Shown: positions 25,819 to 39,660, counted from the stretch's first letter. The stretch: 64,000 nucleotides of DNA from Octopus sinensis (GCF_006345805.1 NC_043005.1:61380001-61444000), one strand, 5' to 3'. Made by a program: numbers and translations. The notes: generated by a model not told the origin, from the sequence alone.

Positions 25819-26824
25819 TTTCCGCTGGCGTCGACTTTGCCTTTCATCCTTTCGAGATCGATATAATAAGTACCAGCCGTGTACTGTTGTCGATATCATC
25901 GACTATCTCCCTCCCCAAGTAGTGTCTATAGTAGAAAGGATTATTATTGTTATTAGTTTCAAATAACTAATAATAATGATAATTAATCTGAAGTGAAGCT
26001 GAAATATATATTGTATGTTTAATTGGCAAAAGACGATTATCCCTGAATATAGCAATATAAATTCTCTTATACTGAGATGTCAATTTGTCTTAACCAATAC
26101 TTTTACAATTTATCTATATCAGAAGATTTCCATGAGGATTGTCATTAAGTGTTCAATAACAGCCATTTAGGCTGAGTTAGTTTGTCTTTCATTGTCCTGA
26201 GATCGATAAAATAAATATCGATATAACAAAGAGTATATCAATGACCTACATTTAAGTTATAATTTTAGGGATATTTGGCAGCTATGTATGTACGAGAACG
26301 AATGAGTGACTCCCGCGTATATTATTCAGTCGGATGTGGAGGAAACATATGGTGAAATTATATGGATAATTTAGGAAACAGCTCCAAACAGGGAATTAAT
26401 ATGCTTGTGAAATGTTTGATGATAGAAGGCATAACAAATTGTGGTCAATTTAATGGATTGTTTTCTCCAGAATAACTGTCATTATAGTTATGTTGAAAAT
26501 TACTATTATGGATATCGGTATTGTTAGTTTTGTTATAGTTGTTGTGATATTTATATATCTTTATTTTTTTTATTATATAACAGAATATCATTTATCTATG
26601 ACTGTTATAACAGAGCTTTACTTTTTTAATTATGCCGTGCCATATTTAGTGACAGGCTTTCTTTCTCCTCATTTTTGAAAGACGTTGCAATGAGAGCATA
26701 TAGTGATTTTTCTCAGGCTTTCTATTCTAGAGTACCACAGTCTCTTAAGCATTAAGGTTTTCATTGATGTTTTCGAAGTTATTTTTGCTACGCTTATATA
26801 TGATAGAGCTGCGCCTTTTTTCTC

Positions 26825-27574
26825 TTGCTTTTCCAATCTTCTCCTCTCATTCGCCCTCTCATGATACCACTGCGTTACATAATTCATTTAAATCATTTCT
26901 TTCATGAAGTTCTCGCTCACACCAAACAAAGCAAACTCCACTCACTCCTCCATTCCATCACACCCGATGCCACTACCTCAAATCATCCCCTACCCCTCTC
27001 CCTCCGTGATACGCTCCCCCACTCTCACCTACCCCCTCCCTTCAAACCACCCACATACCCTCATCTCCTCCCTCCCAGCCTTCAACCACCCCACCACCCT
27101 CCTACTTCTGTCCCATCCACCCCTTCTGTTGTTACCATTTCTCTAGACCTTCCTCCCTCTGAGGCTGAAGGCTCCCTCCTCATTAGGGGTCTGCGCTTCA
27201 TCCCCCTCACTCCATCCAGCAACAAATTTCGGACTCGTCGCCATATCCACAGCTTTGTGTGCCGCGTTAGGTTGTGTGCGCTTTTCCGCGACACTCCCCC
27301 TACATCTAATGAGGAGGATTGCTTCACCAACCTAGGCCGCCGACCATCCCAGTGGACGCCAACTCCTGGCCCGTTTCAAGCAGTCGATCTTTTTGTGGAC
27401 GCCTATCGAGCTGTTGACCGGTATGACTTTTCCAAGCGTCCCCGACATCTGAATATCTCCCCAGCCGAACTCGCAGCCTTTCGATGTCTCCGACGCTGCA
27501 CGGACATCATCATAAAACCGACCGACAAGGGTAGAGCCGTGGTGGTGAGGGGCGCGGACCTGAAGAAGGTGTAA
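26825..27574 (+). pseudogene. Truncated Penelope-like element, N-terminal (pre-RT) domain
   Basis: Contains E.SLLIRGLRFIP, F.RVRL..LF, SQWTP.PG...VDLF, N.S.AE.AA...L and IIIKPTDKGRAVVV, which match the GL.F.P ... KPADKG..VVV region preceding PLE RT. The frame ends just after DKG.AVVV and is followed within about 80 bp by (TA)n. Confidence 0.85.
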
Positions 27575-27653
27575 ACTATTTTTAATATTTAGTCCTATCG
27601 TGGATAATGTTCACTGATGATTGAGTTGCTCGAGGGTGATTCTATCTCTTAAA

Positions 27654-27702
<49 letters not shown>

Positions 27703-27706
27703 TATA

Positions 27707-27750
27707 TTCTGTCTGCGGGTCAAGAACATGTTCTTGACCCGCAGACAGAA
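27707..27750. repeat. Perfect 44-bp palindrome with no spacer
   Basis: ttctgtctgcgggtcaagaaca|tgttcttgacccgcagacagaa; the right half is the exact reverse complement of the left. Confidence 0.97.
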
Positions 27751-27949
27751 GATAGAATGTTTTTACTTCAAACTTTTATAAATTTCTACTGATATTTGAT
27801 AAGATGACACTCTTTATATAATTTTTAAAATTATTTTTATTAAATAGCTTTTTAAATTGAAATCTCTTTGACTAACTTGTATCCCTTTCCCACCTCTATC
27901 TTTTATATATATAAAAATTTGATTTGCATAGATCACTAATTTTTTCAAC

Positions 27950-28001
<52 letters not shown>

Positions 28002-29104
28002 ACTTTATTATCTAGTATGCCCCTTTTTTCCTAACACAGTGATCTATGGTGAGAAGGAATAGCATTTAGCTGCTACTTCTATCAAAGTTAGAGACCAAAT
28101 AGACTCTTTCCGATAATATATAATCAGTCTACATTTTCGTACCGTTTTCTAAGTATTTGTGATCATGAACTTTACATCTACTTGTATATCCCAATTTTCT
28201 TTACAAGAACAAAAAGAAAATTCTGATGAAGTATTCCAGATGTCTGAAGTGACAATTATAAAAAAGACTGAATCATTCTGCAGGCATTGAAAACAACCCG
28301 TATTATTACAAAATATTTATAATTATTGTAGTTGTTACTTAAATTTAAGTCGAACGCGATCGGAAAGACGTATAATCAAAAATATTTCATTTATGAACTT
28401 ATTTTTAGCTGTAGTGAATCCTGGAGTATGAGTTTTTACACCGTTGGATGCAACGCATGTAGCATATTGTTCTGGTAATCTGAGATCGCATCCTGCAGAG
28501 GTCAGCCTTGCTTCAAACAGTGTTTTAGTTCACCATCAGGATCAACATCCCTCAATCGTCTCTCTCTCCCTCATTCTGGCCGTCTCTCTTTCCCTCTGTC
28601 TCCACCCCTCGCCTATCTCCCCTCTCTCAGTCTATCTGTATCTATCTCTATCTAACTTTCTCTATACATCTAGCTCTCCTCTCCCGAGTAAATTGGATGT
28701 AGTCATTCCTGGAGAAGGGTTGCCCTCCACTAGATTTGAAGCACTGAAGACATATCGTTCCGGATGGCGTCCTCATCCCGCTAAAACGTGTTCAAAGTAC
28801 ATGGCAAGGGCAACTACCCAGAAGTATATTATGTTCTTTGCTTAAGATGCAGTTTAAAGGAAATCTGGCGGCTGTTACTTGTCGTTAGCGAGACAATTGA
28901 GGGAACGGCCATTTATAATATCCTATAGAGTATAAAGAAAATATGACAGTATTAAAGTCGAGTGTTTAAATGTGCTGAAGATCTATGAATGTTTAAAATT
29001 ATAATGAATTAGAATATGACAAGTATGAAGTTTTAACATAAAGGACATAACTACCTCTTTAAGGAATACACTCCGAAGAAGGTGCGTGTATGTGTTTGTG
29101 CGTG

Positions 29105-29286
29105 ATTGTGAATCTGTATATATATACATATATGTATATATATATAGTATACATACATATATGTATATTAGTATATATATATATATTATATATATATATA
29201 TAATATATACATATATATGTATATCTATTATATATATATATATATATACTACATATATGTTATTACATATATAGTTATATATATAT

Positions 29287-29318
<32 letters not shown>

Positions 29319-29605
29319 ATATCTATATATATATATATATATATATAGTATATGTATTTATATGTATAATAGATTGTATTATATGTAATATATATATATG
29401 TATAGATATATGTATGTATATGTATATATATATGTATATATGTATAATATGTATATGTATAATATATATATATATGTATATGTATATATTATAATATATG
29501 TATATATCTATATGTATGTATATGTATATATATGTATATATATATATATAGTATATATATATATATATATATAATATAGTATATATGTTATATATATTAT
29601 ATATG

Positions 29606-29636
<31 letters not shown>

Positions 29637-29748
29637 GTATGTATATGTAATATATATATCTGTATGTATATGTATATATATATATGTATAGTTATAATAT
29701 ATATTGTATATATATATATATATAATATATATATCTGTTATATATATA

Positions 29749-29820
<72 letters not shown>
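29105..29820. repeat. Long degenerate (TA)n block ending in (GA)n
   Basis: Direct reading. Confidence 0.95.
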
Positions 29821-29824
<4 letters not shown>

Positions 29825-30469
29825 TGTGTCTGTATGTTTGTATGTATTTATGTATATATATGTGTGAGCGTGTGTATAAATATATTCTAAAAGAATCATC
29901 AAGAATAGATGCAATATAGACTAAGCATAGATGTGAGATAATATAATATTGAACGTATTTATATTTAATGAATCTTCAGTAATTTATTGAAAGCTCTCTG
30001 AATGAAAGTAAACAGATTTAACAATACACTTAATATAAACAGAACGTATAGAAGAATAATTTGTTAAAATTATAAAAGAAAGAAAAAATATCCATTCGAT
30101 TAAATTGGCCCAAAGTTAATTTCGATTCAATAGTTTCTATAGAATAATACATGGAAATTTATCAGTTAGCTGCGAAAGACCCTCAACAGGGGAATATAGT
30201 GCTCAGTAAATACAGGCAATGGTATTAGATACAGTTCGTACAGTACGAAACATGTACTTTGCAATTCATGTATAGATTACCGACTTTTATTGACGCTGCA
30301 GGTAATCTGTAAAGTTCGATATGAATAGTCTCCCTAAACACTGTTATATAAATACATATCAGACCAGCTACGTATGCGTGTGTGGGTTTCTACATGTAGT
30401 GTATGCGTGTCTGTCTCTATGTATACACACACATACACACACACACATATGTATCTTGTGCGTGTGTTC

Positions 30470-30500
<31 letters not shown>

Positions 30501-31856
30501 TTTGTGCGCGGCGTGTTCATACGCCTACATGTACGGTAGCATATTGCGTCCAAGGAAGACACTTTCTCAACAATCAGCACATATGATTCGTTTATAGTAA
30601 TCCAATATTGATACTGCACATTAGCTCCCTGTCTCCATCAAATCGATATTACCTGTATAGGTGAACGGTGTTCTATACGTCAGGTGTCAAAGTTGGTTGC
30701 AGAGCAACGTTAAATGAAGTGTTTTGCTCAAGAGCACAAATCACCGTCCAACCTGAGAATCGAACCCACCATCTCGCGGTCGTGCGTGCAACACTCTAGC
30801 AACTAGACCATGCACTCACATATTCATATGTGTGTTGTGTGTGTCTATGTGTGTGTGTTTACGTGTATGTGTGTGTGTGAGAGAGAGAGAGAGAGAGCGC
30901 GTGTAAATGTTTAGTGACAGTTAGGAGACTTACAATCGCTAGATCGTAGTTTCAATTCCTGAACCTGATGGTGCCTTGTGTTCTTGAGCAAAATACTTCA
31001 TCTCACGTTGCTCTGCTATCACTTTGATACCTAACGTGTGCCACACTGTGCACCTCTATAAACAATTTCAATTTGATGGAAAGAGTAACCTAATATACAG
31101 CACAAATATTTGATCGCTATAAACAAATAATGAACAAACACTTATATAAATCAATATAGCATTTATATCATCTACAAAAGATGATTTATAAACTTAACCT
31201 TCATATAACTAGAGTAGCAAATATATATTCCACGATATATTCCACGTTACACCTGTTTCGAAAGTTCAGTTACTTGTTTATGGAATGTTGTGTATTATGT
31301 CAACTGGTGTGCTATAATACAGATGTGCAATAATACGCACCAAGCAAATAGAAATTATTTTGAACACATAAATCTAAAACATGGTGTAGAAGCGTCGAAT
31401 CTTTCTTTTGGAATGAGTGGTAAAGCTGTGAGTCATCTAGTAGTACACCGGTATTTAAGAGCATTTAAACATCAATAATAACGATGAGGGTAATGATGGC
31501 GGGGAAAGACTGATAGAAATTAAAGCTGTAAGATGTAGAACGTTAAGATGTAAAAACAAAATCAGGTATTCAGTAGAATACCTCTATCTTTGTAAAACGG
31601 GAAGATATAATAGAAAAAAGATAGAAGGGGCGTATCTATTTAGGAGGGGCGAAAATAACAGTGATATGTCATAAATCAAATTTTGGGCAGGACCTGCGCG
31701 TACTAGACGATACTCGTCTGCCAACAATATAAATGTGAGCTTTTGTGCAGCATGCGTTTATATGAGAGGTCTTCACAAGGTAAATAATGCAATATTCGGC
31801 ATTCTGAAAAAAAAAAATGTCTTTTGTTATTAATAGTGTTTCTGTCGCTAATACTT

Positions 31857-31910
<54 letters not shown>

Positions 31911-32346
31911 CTCTTGCCCAAACTATTAATTCATTATTCTAACGAATATATTCTTGTCATGCTACGATGGTCAGATCCAATGAACTGTAAATGCGTAACA
32001 GAGTGAAATGAAATTTCACAGATGTAAAGTGATGTTAGTATTGCAAAAGAATATATTGAAGTAGCGATTTTCTCACTTCAATTCATCATTGAACATTGTT
32101 AAGTAATGCTAAGCTAACTTTCCCTAGATACAATGCAAAAAAGACAAAATATATCATGAATACTTTCATTACATTGACGTATGACACTAGGATTGTTGTA
32201 TAAACGTCAATTGGTGACAAGACACTGATGGAAAATGTGCTTGCTTAATACTGATGTCACAAATCCGAGCGAATGTCGTAGCGTGATGATGAATGGGGAA
32301 GCTCGAAATTAATCAGCGATATATGAGAGCTTTGGTACATTCCGAA

Positions 32347-32677
32347 GGCGCATGGCTCAGTGGTTAGAGCGTCGAGCTTACGATCAAGAAGTTGTGAGTT
32401 CGAATCCCGGACCGGGCTGCGTGTTGTGTTCTTGAGCAAGACACTTTATTTCACGTTACTCCCGTTCACTCAGCTGTAGAAATGAGTTCCGACATCACAG
32501 GTACCAAGCTGTATTGGACTTTCCCTAGGATAACACTGGTGGCGTGGAGAGGGGAGCCCGGTATGCATGGGTGACTGCTGGTCTTCAAGAAACAACCTTG
32601 CCCGGACTTGTGCCTAGAAGAGTAACTTTCTAGGTGCAATCCCATGGTCAGTCATGACCGAAGGGTATCTCAGCATA
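32347..32677 (+). mobile_element. Full-length tRNA-derived SINE family B with 13-bp TSD
   Basis: ggtacattccgaa at 32334-32346 and 32678-32690. A box tggctcagtgg, B box gagttcgaatccc, central gttgtgttcttgagcaagacactttatttcac. Further copies at about 19030-19140, 30640-30810 (-), 30915-31080, 52030-52260 and 63037-63306 (-). Confidence 0.92.
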
Positions 32678-33453
32678 GGTACATTCCGAAAAATAAAATA
32701 TATATTAACATACATAAATTACAAAACCCATTATCATTAAACGAAACTGAACTATCTACGCAAAATCTATATGAAACTCTTAAGAACTACTCTGGAATTT
32801 ATCAAGAAGCATGCAATCTTATGGGAGAACTCAATATGTCCGTAAAAGAAATATATATCAGTACAATCAAAAACTTTGAAACAGTTTCGCAACAGCCAGT
32901 TTCAACAACCAATGCTATAATAAATAAATAAATGGAAATACATTCATGTTTTCGACGGAAGTCACATCAAACTGACGCTGCTTGAACGTCGGTGATATGT
33001 TTTTGCTCACACAGTACATGTTTGACGTGCCTTCAATTTCAATACATTGAAAATATTAACGTTTGCTACGCAGTTGTTGACAAATCTGACAGTTACATAT
33101 ATCTAATATTTCAGGAAACTGAAATACACAGAACATATGTATGTGCTCTTTTTTGTGTGTATTTGTATCTGTGTTTGTGCTTGTGTGCATGTATAGATGA
33201 ACATGAAGAATACGCAATCGATTATCTTCAGGTAATTAGTTGAATGAAACAGCACTTGATGAAGTAGAAATGAATTGTGACACGTAACCACCGTAGATAT
33301 TTGTAAAGTGTAATTACATCCTTATACATTATCCATGTCCTTTAATATTACCTACCTGAAGAGGAATTGAAATTCAAACTGACATATATGCAGGTGTACG
33401 TATAAACATGCACGTACATATTTTATGTATGTATATGTATGTATATATATAAG

Positions 33454-33524
<71 letters not shown>

Positions 33525-34277
33525 TATCATATATATATATAATATATATATATGAAAACGTACTAGCTATGTGTGTATGTATGTATACATGCATGCATGG
33601 ATTATGTGTGAACAGGTATATTATTATGATTATACATACATATATGTGTATATGCTTCTACGTATAATGACGGTGAAAGGATGTTTATGAACAGAATATG
33701 AATGATGTACTTTTTTTTGTGTGTGTGTGTATGTATATGTATGTGTGCATGTGTGTGTGCTTGCATTCGTGTGTGTTTGTGTATTCTATGTTCGTCAGTA
33801 TGTTTGTGTATTTTATGTGCGTCTGTGTGTTGTTTGTGTGTGTGCCTGTAAGCGCGTGTGTGCGTGTGTGTATGTGCATGTGTGTGTGTGTGTTTAAGTA
33901 TGTATAACTTCGTTATTGTCCATTATCAATGTTATTGCGTGGTAGAATCAGATATCTGCTATTTCCTCCCCATTTTCATACGACTTTATCATCCTATGTG
34001 TCTTCCCCATTAGTATTAAGTCCGCGGGAAATGCTTTGATGTATCTCTTAATCTGAATTTTGGCGATATTTCTCAGACAAGCTCCTATGTGAAGGTTCCA
34101 GACTGCGAAAAGTTGCACAATCAGGCAAATGCGTCTGTTTCAACACATCAATGATGCGCTTATGAGAGTCATACACATAGACATACACACGCGTACGTGT
34201 ACATATGTGTTTGTGTTTGTGTGCCTGTGTGTGTATAAGTGTATAAGTATAAATATATGTGTATTTTTATATATAAC

Positions 34278-34342
<65 letters not shown>

Positions 34343-34389
34343 AATTGTTGTTGTTGTTATTATATACTAACAATAACAAAAAAATAATG

Positions 34390-34420
<31 letters not shown>

Positions 34421-35357
34421 TTTATGAATATACACATATACACACACAAATACACACACACACATATTATACAAATCTACGTGTTTATACTTGTGTGTAT
34501 GTATATATATATATATATATATATACATGTACTTGTTTATATATAATATATATATTATTGTGTGTGTGTATATGTGTGTGTGTAACTACTTTCTTATCAG
34601 GATCAAGGCGGTGATTGAAACGAGATCTTAAGAAATTTTAAAACTGCACAGCCAGTTCATTATGCTCGCCTTAATGCCCAGTACTTAGAACACATTCACA
34701 TTATAGTGTCATAATCGTGCAGCTCGTATCTATGTTTTTCCTTATATATAATATTTCGTTAGATGTAAGTGTTTATTTTCCATGATATGGATGAGTATTT
34801 TGGTTATATCGCATTTCTCTCGCAATACCGTCGTTCGATATAGATTTCTGACTGAACAATCATTGATTTTCTGTATTTGCGAAGGAGAGAGTCTAAGAGA
34901 TAGCCTGTGTAATTGCGGCGGAACACACATGCCAAAGGATATTCGTTTAACAGCCTGAAGTGACAGGTTTATCAAGGCATAAATAACATGATGAAAAAGT
35001 ATTCATTGTTGAGTGTTGGATAGGTCATTGAACTTCTACTTTGCTTGCGTGTACCTTTTTAAAATTTTACCTGAAGATGGTGGTCTTATGCTATAATGTA
35101 ACGTATGACTACATGACTAAAATTTTATTACAAAATGTATTACATTTTTAACTCCATTTTTATAAGCCGCCACGCTTTGAACCAGCCTTCACTCGGGTCT
35201 ACGGTTTATATTGGATTAGGTACATATCTGGATTATACGCCCAACACATGATACTTTCATGGTTGTTTTACTTCACTCAATTAGATGTTATGATACCTGT
35301 TCAGTCCAGGTTCCCAACGCATTGATTCACCTAGATTCTAATGAATCTTGTAACTAA

Positions 35358-35417
<60 letters not shown>

Positions 35418-35719
35418 ATATATATATATACATACATACATATATACATATATATATACACACATACGTATGCATGTTATAACATATCTTTTATCCTTTA
35501 CCTGTTGCAGTCATTAGACTGCGGCCATATTGGGGAACTGCCTTGAAGAAATTTTAGTCGAATGAATCGACCTGAGGTCCGAGTTTTTTTTTAATCTGAT
35601 ACTTACTCTATCCCCCTCTGCGAAATCGCTAAATTACAGGGACCTAAATACACCGACAACAACGGTTGTCAAGCGGCGTTTGTGTGACAAGCACAGACAC
35701 AAAGACACACACATAGATA

Positions 35720-35768
<49 letters not shown>

Positions 35769-35794
35769 ATGTGTGTGTGTATATATATATATAT

Positions 35795-35850
<56 letters not shown>

Positions 35851-36294
35851 ATATTTGTATATATTTGTATATATGTATATACATATACATATATACAAAT
35901 ATATGTTATTTAGAGATAGTAGTCCCCTTCATCACACCATATAAAAGAATTTTAATTTAATTTAATACTTACTACTCAATTCTCAGCTACACGTGTTCTT
36001 GCGGTTCTTTTACGGTTCCCTAAGCACTCAGTGTTTTACAGGAACCTTTCTTAAAATGTAGCCCCAATCATCAGGTCTCTAAATATTCCCTAATAAATAA
36101 AATAAAATATATACGACGGGTTTCTTTCAGTTTCCGTCGACCAATCCACTCACGAGGCTTTGGTCGGCCCGAGAATATAGTAGAAGACACTTACCCAATG
36201 TGCCAAAGAGTAACACTAAACACACACAGAACCATGTGCTGGAAAGCAAGCTTCTTACCACAGTGTCACGCCTGCGCCTATATACACATACAAA

Positions 36295-36506
36295 CGAGGA
36301 GACCGGATGCTGAGAAGTTCCTGGTTTTAAAGACCTGACTGGAAGCCCACACCTCCCATTTCTTTTACAGTGCTTAGAAAAATTGAAGAACCGCTGCAAT
36401 AAGTATCAGAATCTGAGAGGGAGTGATATTGAATGAAATTGTAATTAACTGATCCTCTTGTATTTTCTTTTACCGAAAGCCAGGAACTTTCCAGCATCTC
36501 CTCGTA
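36295..36506 (+). mobile_element. Internally deleted mariner-family element
   Basis: Imperfect TIRs cgaggaga(ccgg)atgctgagaagttcctggtttt and aaagccaggaactttccagcatctcctcg+ta. 36380-36436 encodes KLKNRCNKYQNLRGSDIE*, matching the mariner transposase C-terminal L..RW.KC+...G.Y.E* pattern. Confidence 0.7.
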
Positions 36507-37105
36507 CAAAGAGGGAAGGAAAGAGATCAATAGATATTATATTAGGTCTCCTTCTTACTTTACTATAACTACGATGTGTGAGAATGTTGTCAAAGAATTG
36601 CTGCATGTAGATGAAGGCTACTTGGATGGCTATCACGATCAAAACACCGTACACCAAATGACGTTGTCTTTTGGAGTATTATCAAAGATAAAAACTTTTG
36701 AAGAAAACTACGCACTCTTGATGATATGATTCAGTTCTTTAGAAAATCGTGCCAAGAAATCTATGACATTAAAGAAAAGTTTGCCAATGTGTACTTGAGT
36801 GCAGAAACAAGGCTACATGAATATAAATATTGAATGCAGGCAATTCGGGCACTTAAGAGATTATGCTTCAGACATTGTAGTTTGTTTAGTTATAATAAGC
36901 ATGTAATCATCTGGGGAACTAAATAATGCGAAGCTGATATAATTTTATAATTATTTATATATGTTCCGATAACTAAAAACTATATTTGTGCAATGTTCTC
37001 TGAATATATGTATGAACACATATACCAACACCGGTTTCCTCTCTCTCTCTCACTCTATCTCTCTATTTCTCTCTATGTATGTATGCATATACATACATAC
37101 ATACA

Positions 37106-37141
<36 letters not shown>

Positions 37142-37299
37142 TAACACATTGCCTAAATACCAATCTTGAGAAATTAGGCTTCTCAAAACCAGATAGGAGA
37201 AAGCTAATTCGTAAACTACAGATCTAATCCATAACTGGAACTATAAAAATCTATAAAACGTTCCAGAAGTTTATCATTTAAATATCTTTTGGCGCATTA

Positions 37300-38349
37300 T
37301 AAGTTTCTTTATTGGCCACACAGGGCTGCACACAGATGGGACAAATTACAAGGTAGAGCCTTTCTTTTGGGGGATGAAAAAAACAAAAAACAAAAAACAA
37401 AAGAATCAAAAAAAATGTGGCGTAGGTTTTCGATCAAAAGGGATCGTAAAAGGGAAAAAAGAAAAAGAAAAAAAAGAAAAGAAACAAAACAAAAGAAAAA
37501 GGAGAAATAAGAAAAAGGAGGAAAAAAGGGGAAGAGAGAAAAAAACGATCAATAGGGATCGTGTATCACAGTGTCGTGATGTACGGTGTAAAGAGGAAAG
37601 CAGATAAGGTTTATCCGTGGGAAGAAAAGCCTACGAAAAAGACCACGGTAACCTCGGTCAATATTGTTATATGATAACACATTTGTTTGCAAGTGGGTAA
37701 CACTCTGTTTTCAATTTCTGGGTTCATAGGATTATGCTCAAGGTGGCTTCGTCATTCATATGTGCCATCCTTGCTACATTCACCCATCTTTTTTAAAACA
37801 TTCGCTAGACAAAACTTGCCTCTCTACTCTCACTTTCCTTTTCAAGTGGTACTTGAAGAAGTTGATGAGAGATTGACCAGAGAGGAAAGTGTTTGTCTCC
37901 AATCCTTTGAGACGCGTCCACCAGATACATTCTTTCGCCATAGCCACAAGTATGATGAAAATAGCTCTTCCTTCCCGTTTGAAGGAAGGAGGCGTGACAA
38001 TATTGACGATATACTCAGCTGATAAACGGACTAGTCCCACACGTGACAGCAGTTGTTCGACATAAGCCCACAGGTCGGAAATTGTTGGACACTGCACGAG
38101 TGCGTACAGAATGGTTTCGTCACTCTGGCCGCATCTCGGGCAGGTCGGCCCCGTCTTTCTCGAGCCGTGTCTGTAGAGCTTATCCCGAACGGGTAGCGCT
38201 TCTCGGTAGCACTGCCAAGCCAGGGATCTCTGGAAGTTGTCCATGGGCCCTGGCCCGAAAGTCGTCCCGAACAGGCGGGTCAGGTATTCCTCGTCGACGT
38301 CCAGGTTCGCCCCGAGCTCGTCATCGTACCTCCCCTCCACTAATCCCAT
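37300..38349 (-). mobile_element. 5'-truncated L1/Tx1-clade LINE (ORF2 C-terminus + 3' UTR)
   Basis: ORF 37780-38349 has W....ALPVRDKL and the C-terminal cysteine motif CPRCGQSDETILYALVQCP (H replaced by Y; about 38089-38142), followed by AKECIWWTR. A 1-nt deletion in the A-run at about 37790 would restore KKRWVNVARMAHMNDEATLSIIL*. Pyrimidine-rich 3' UTR ending in AATAAAGAAA (37304-37313). Confidence 0.85.
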
Positions 38350-38936
38350 AGAACTAGTCCATATATGTGTCCCTAGTCCATATGTGTGTGTGTGTGTTTT
38401 GTGTGTGCGTTTGTGTGTGTATATGTGTATCTATATACATGTCCACATACGTAAGCCATATCTATATATAGTACCTTGTAGAATAGTCATGATAACCATT
38501 TCAAACATACCAGGAGCTGTTGTAGTGTCAATTTACCTGGTAGAAACAGTAACTAAGGCCCTATCAAACCACTGCATAGCGCCTTAAAAGAGAAGGATAT
38601 ATAAAATACCTAAGTTCGGAGAACAGTAATTACGTTTACTGGTTTGTGTTTATTCGTGTTATTGTTATTCTTTAGTCTTTGCTTTGTGGCATTGTATTCA
38701 ATCTTGGAATTAGTTATATGTTGCAAAAACAAAACAAGAATTAAATTAAATACTTGCAAATGTTCGTCACATGTTTACTGGTTATTGAATAAAATAAAGA
38801 ATCGAAATATGAAATAATGCGAATGGGAATAACCATAGTGCTATACATTTTTTTCTGTTGTATACTCTTGCATAGAGGCCTCTTTTGGTTCGGGTTAACC
38901 GTTCTTCTGTACTGCAGTGTGCAGTTCTGGTAAAGT

Positions 38937-38995
<59 letters not shown>

Positions 38996-39339
38996 CATTT
39001 ATTTGTAATTGTCCCTACATGCAAAGTTTTTTCACTTTGTGCCAGTGACATTACTGAAATGAAAGGATCCCGTTTTTGTGCCATTACGGTTCCGACTAAT
39101 TTGAATGCTCTTGGCGGGCACTTTTAATTTGAATGATGTAAATGCTAAATTCTTTGATCAAAGTGCGGAATTGAATGATCAAAAAACGAATTTGAATGGC
39201 TAACTTCATAGCGCTAATCTTTTTAGCGACTTTGATAGGCCCGATTATCAAATTGAAATACAAGCTTATGAAAATAAGTGCAAAAACCCATATTATACCC
39301 ATTTAATTGATACTGTAAATAATCTTAAATCACTCAGCT

Positions 39340-39660
39340 CAAATTCCGCCGAGGTCGACTTTATTTGTCATCCTTTCGGGCTCGATACAATAAATACAAA
39401 CTGAACACCGGGGTCGATGTGATCGACTTATCGTCTCACCCAAAATTACTGCTGTAAACACTATATATAAATAAGTCTTTCTAAATTTGACTCAAGCCAG
39501 GGATTTTTGACGAGTACTCTCTATATTTACTCCGAAAGGACGAAAAGCAACGTTGACCTCAGCCGGATTCGAACTCGGAACGTAAACCGAAAGGAACGCC
39601 CCTAAGAATTTTTTTTCCTGACTGGCTACTAACTATTCTGCCAGTTTACCGCCTATACTA
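39340..39660. mobile_element. Tail-to-tail inverted pair of SINE family A fragments
   Basis: Plus fragment (ctcaaattccgccgaggtcgac...ggggtcgatgtgatcgac) about 39340-39460 and minus copy about 39490-39660. Confidence 0.7.

Noticed and set aside
32347-32420. tRNA-like sequence with A and B boxes
   Set aside because: No closing acceptor stem, and it continues into a SINE body with TSD. No genuine tRNA gene was identified in the window.
32644-32931. 95-aa ORF followed by AATAAA
   Set aside because: It starts inside the SINE tail. Removing the SINE exposes in-frame stops just upstream, and no homology is recognised.
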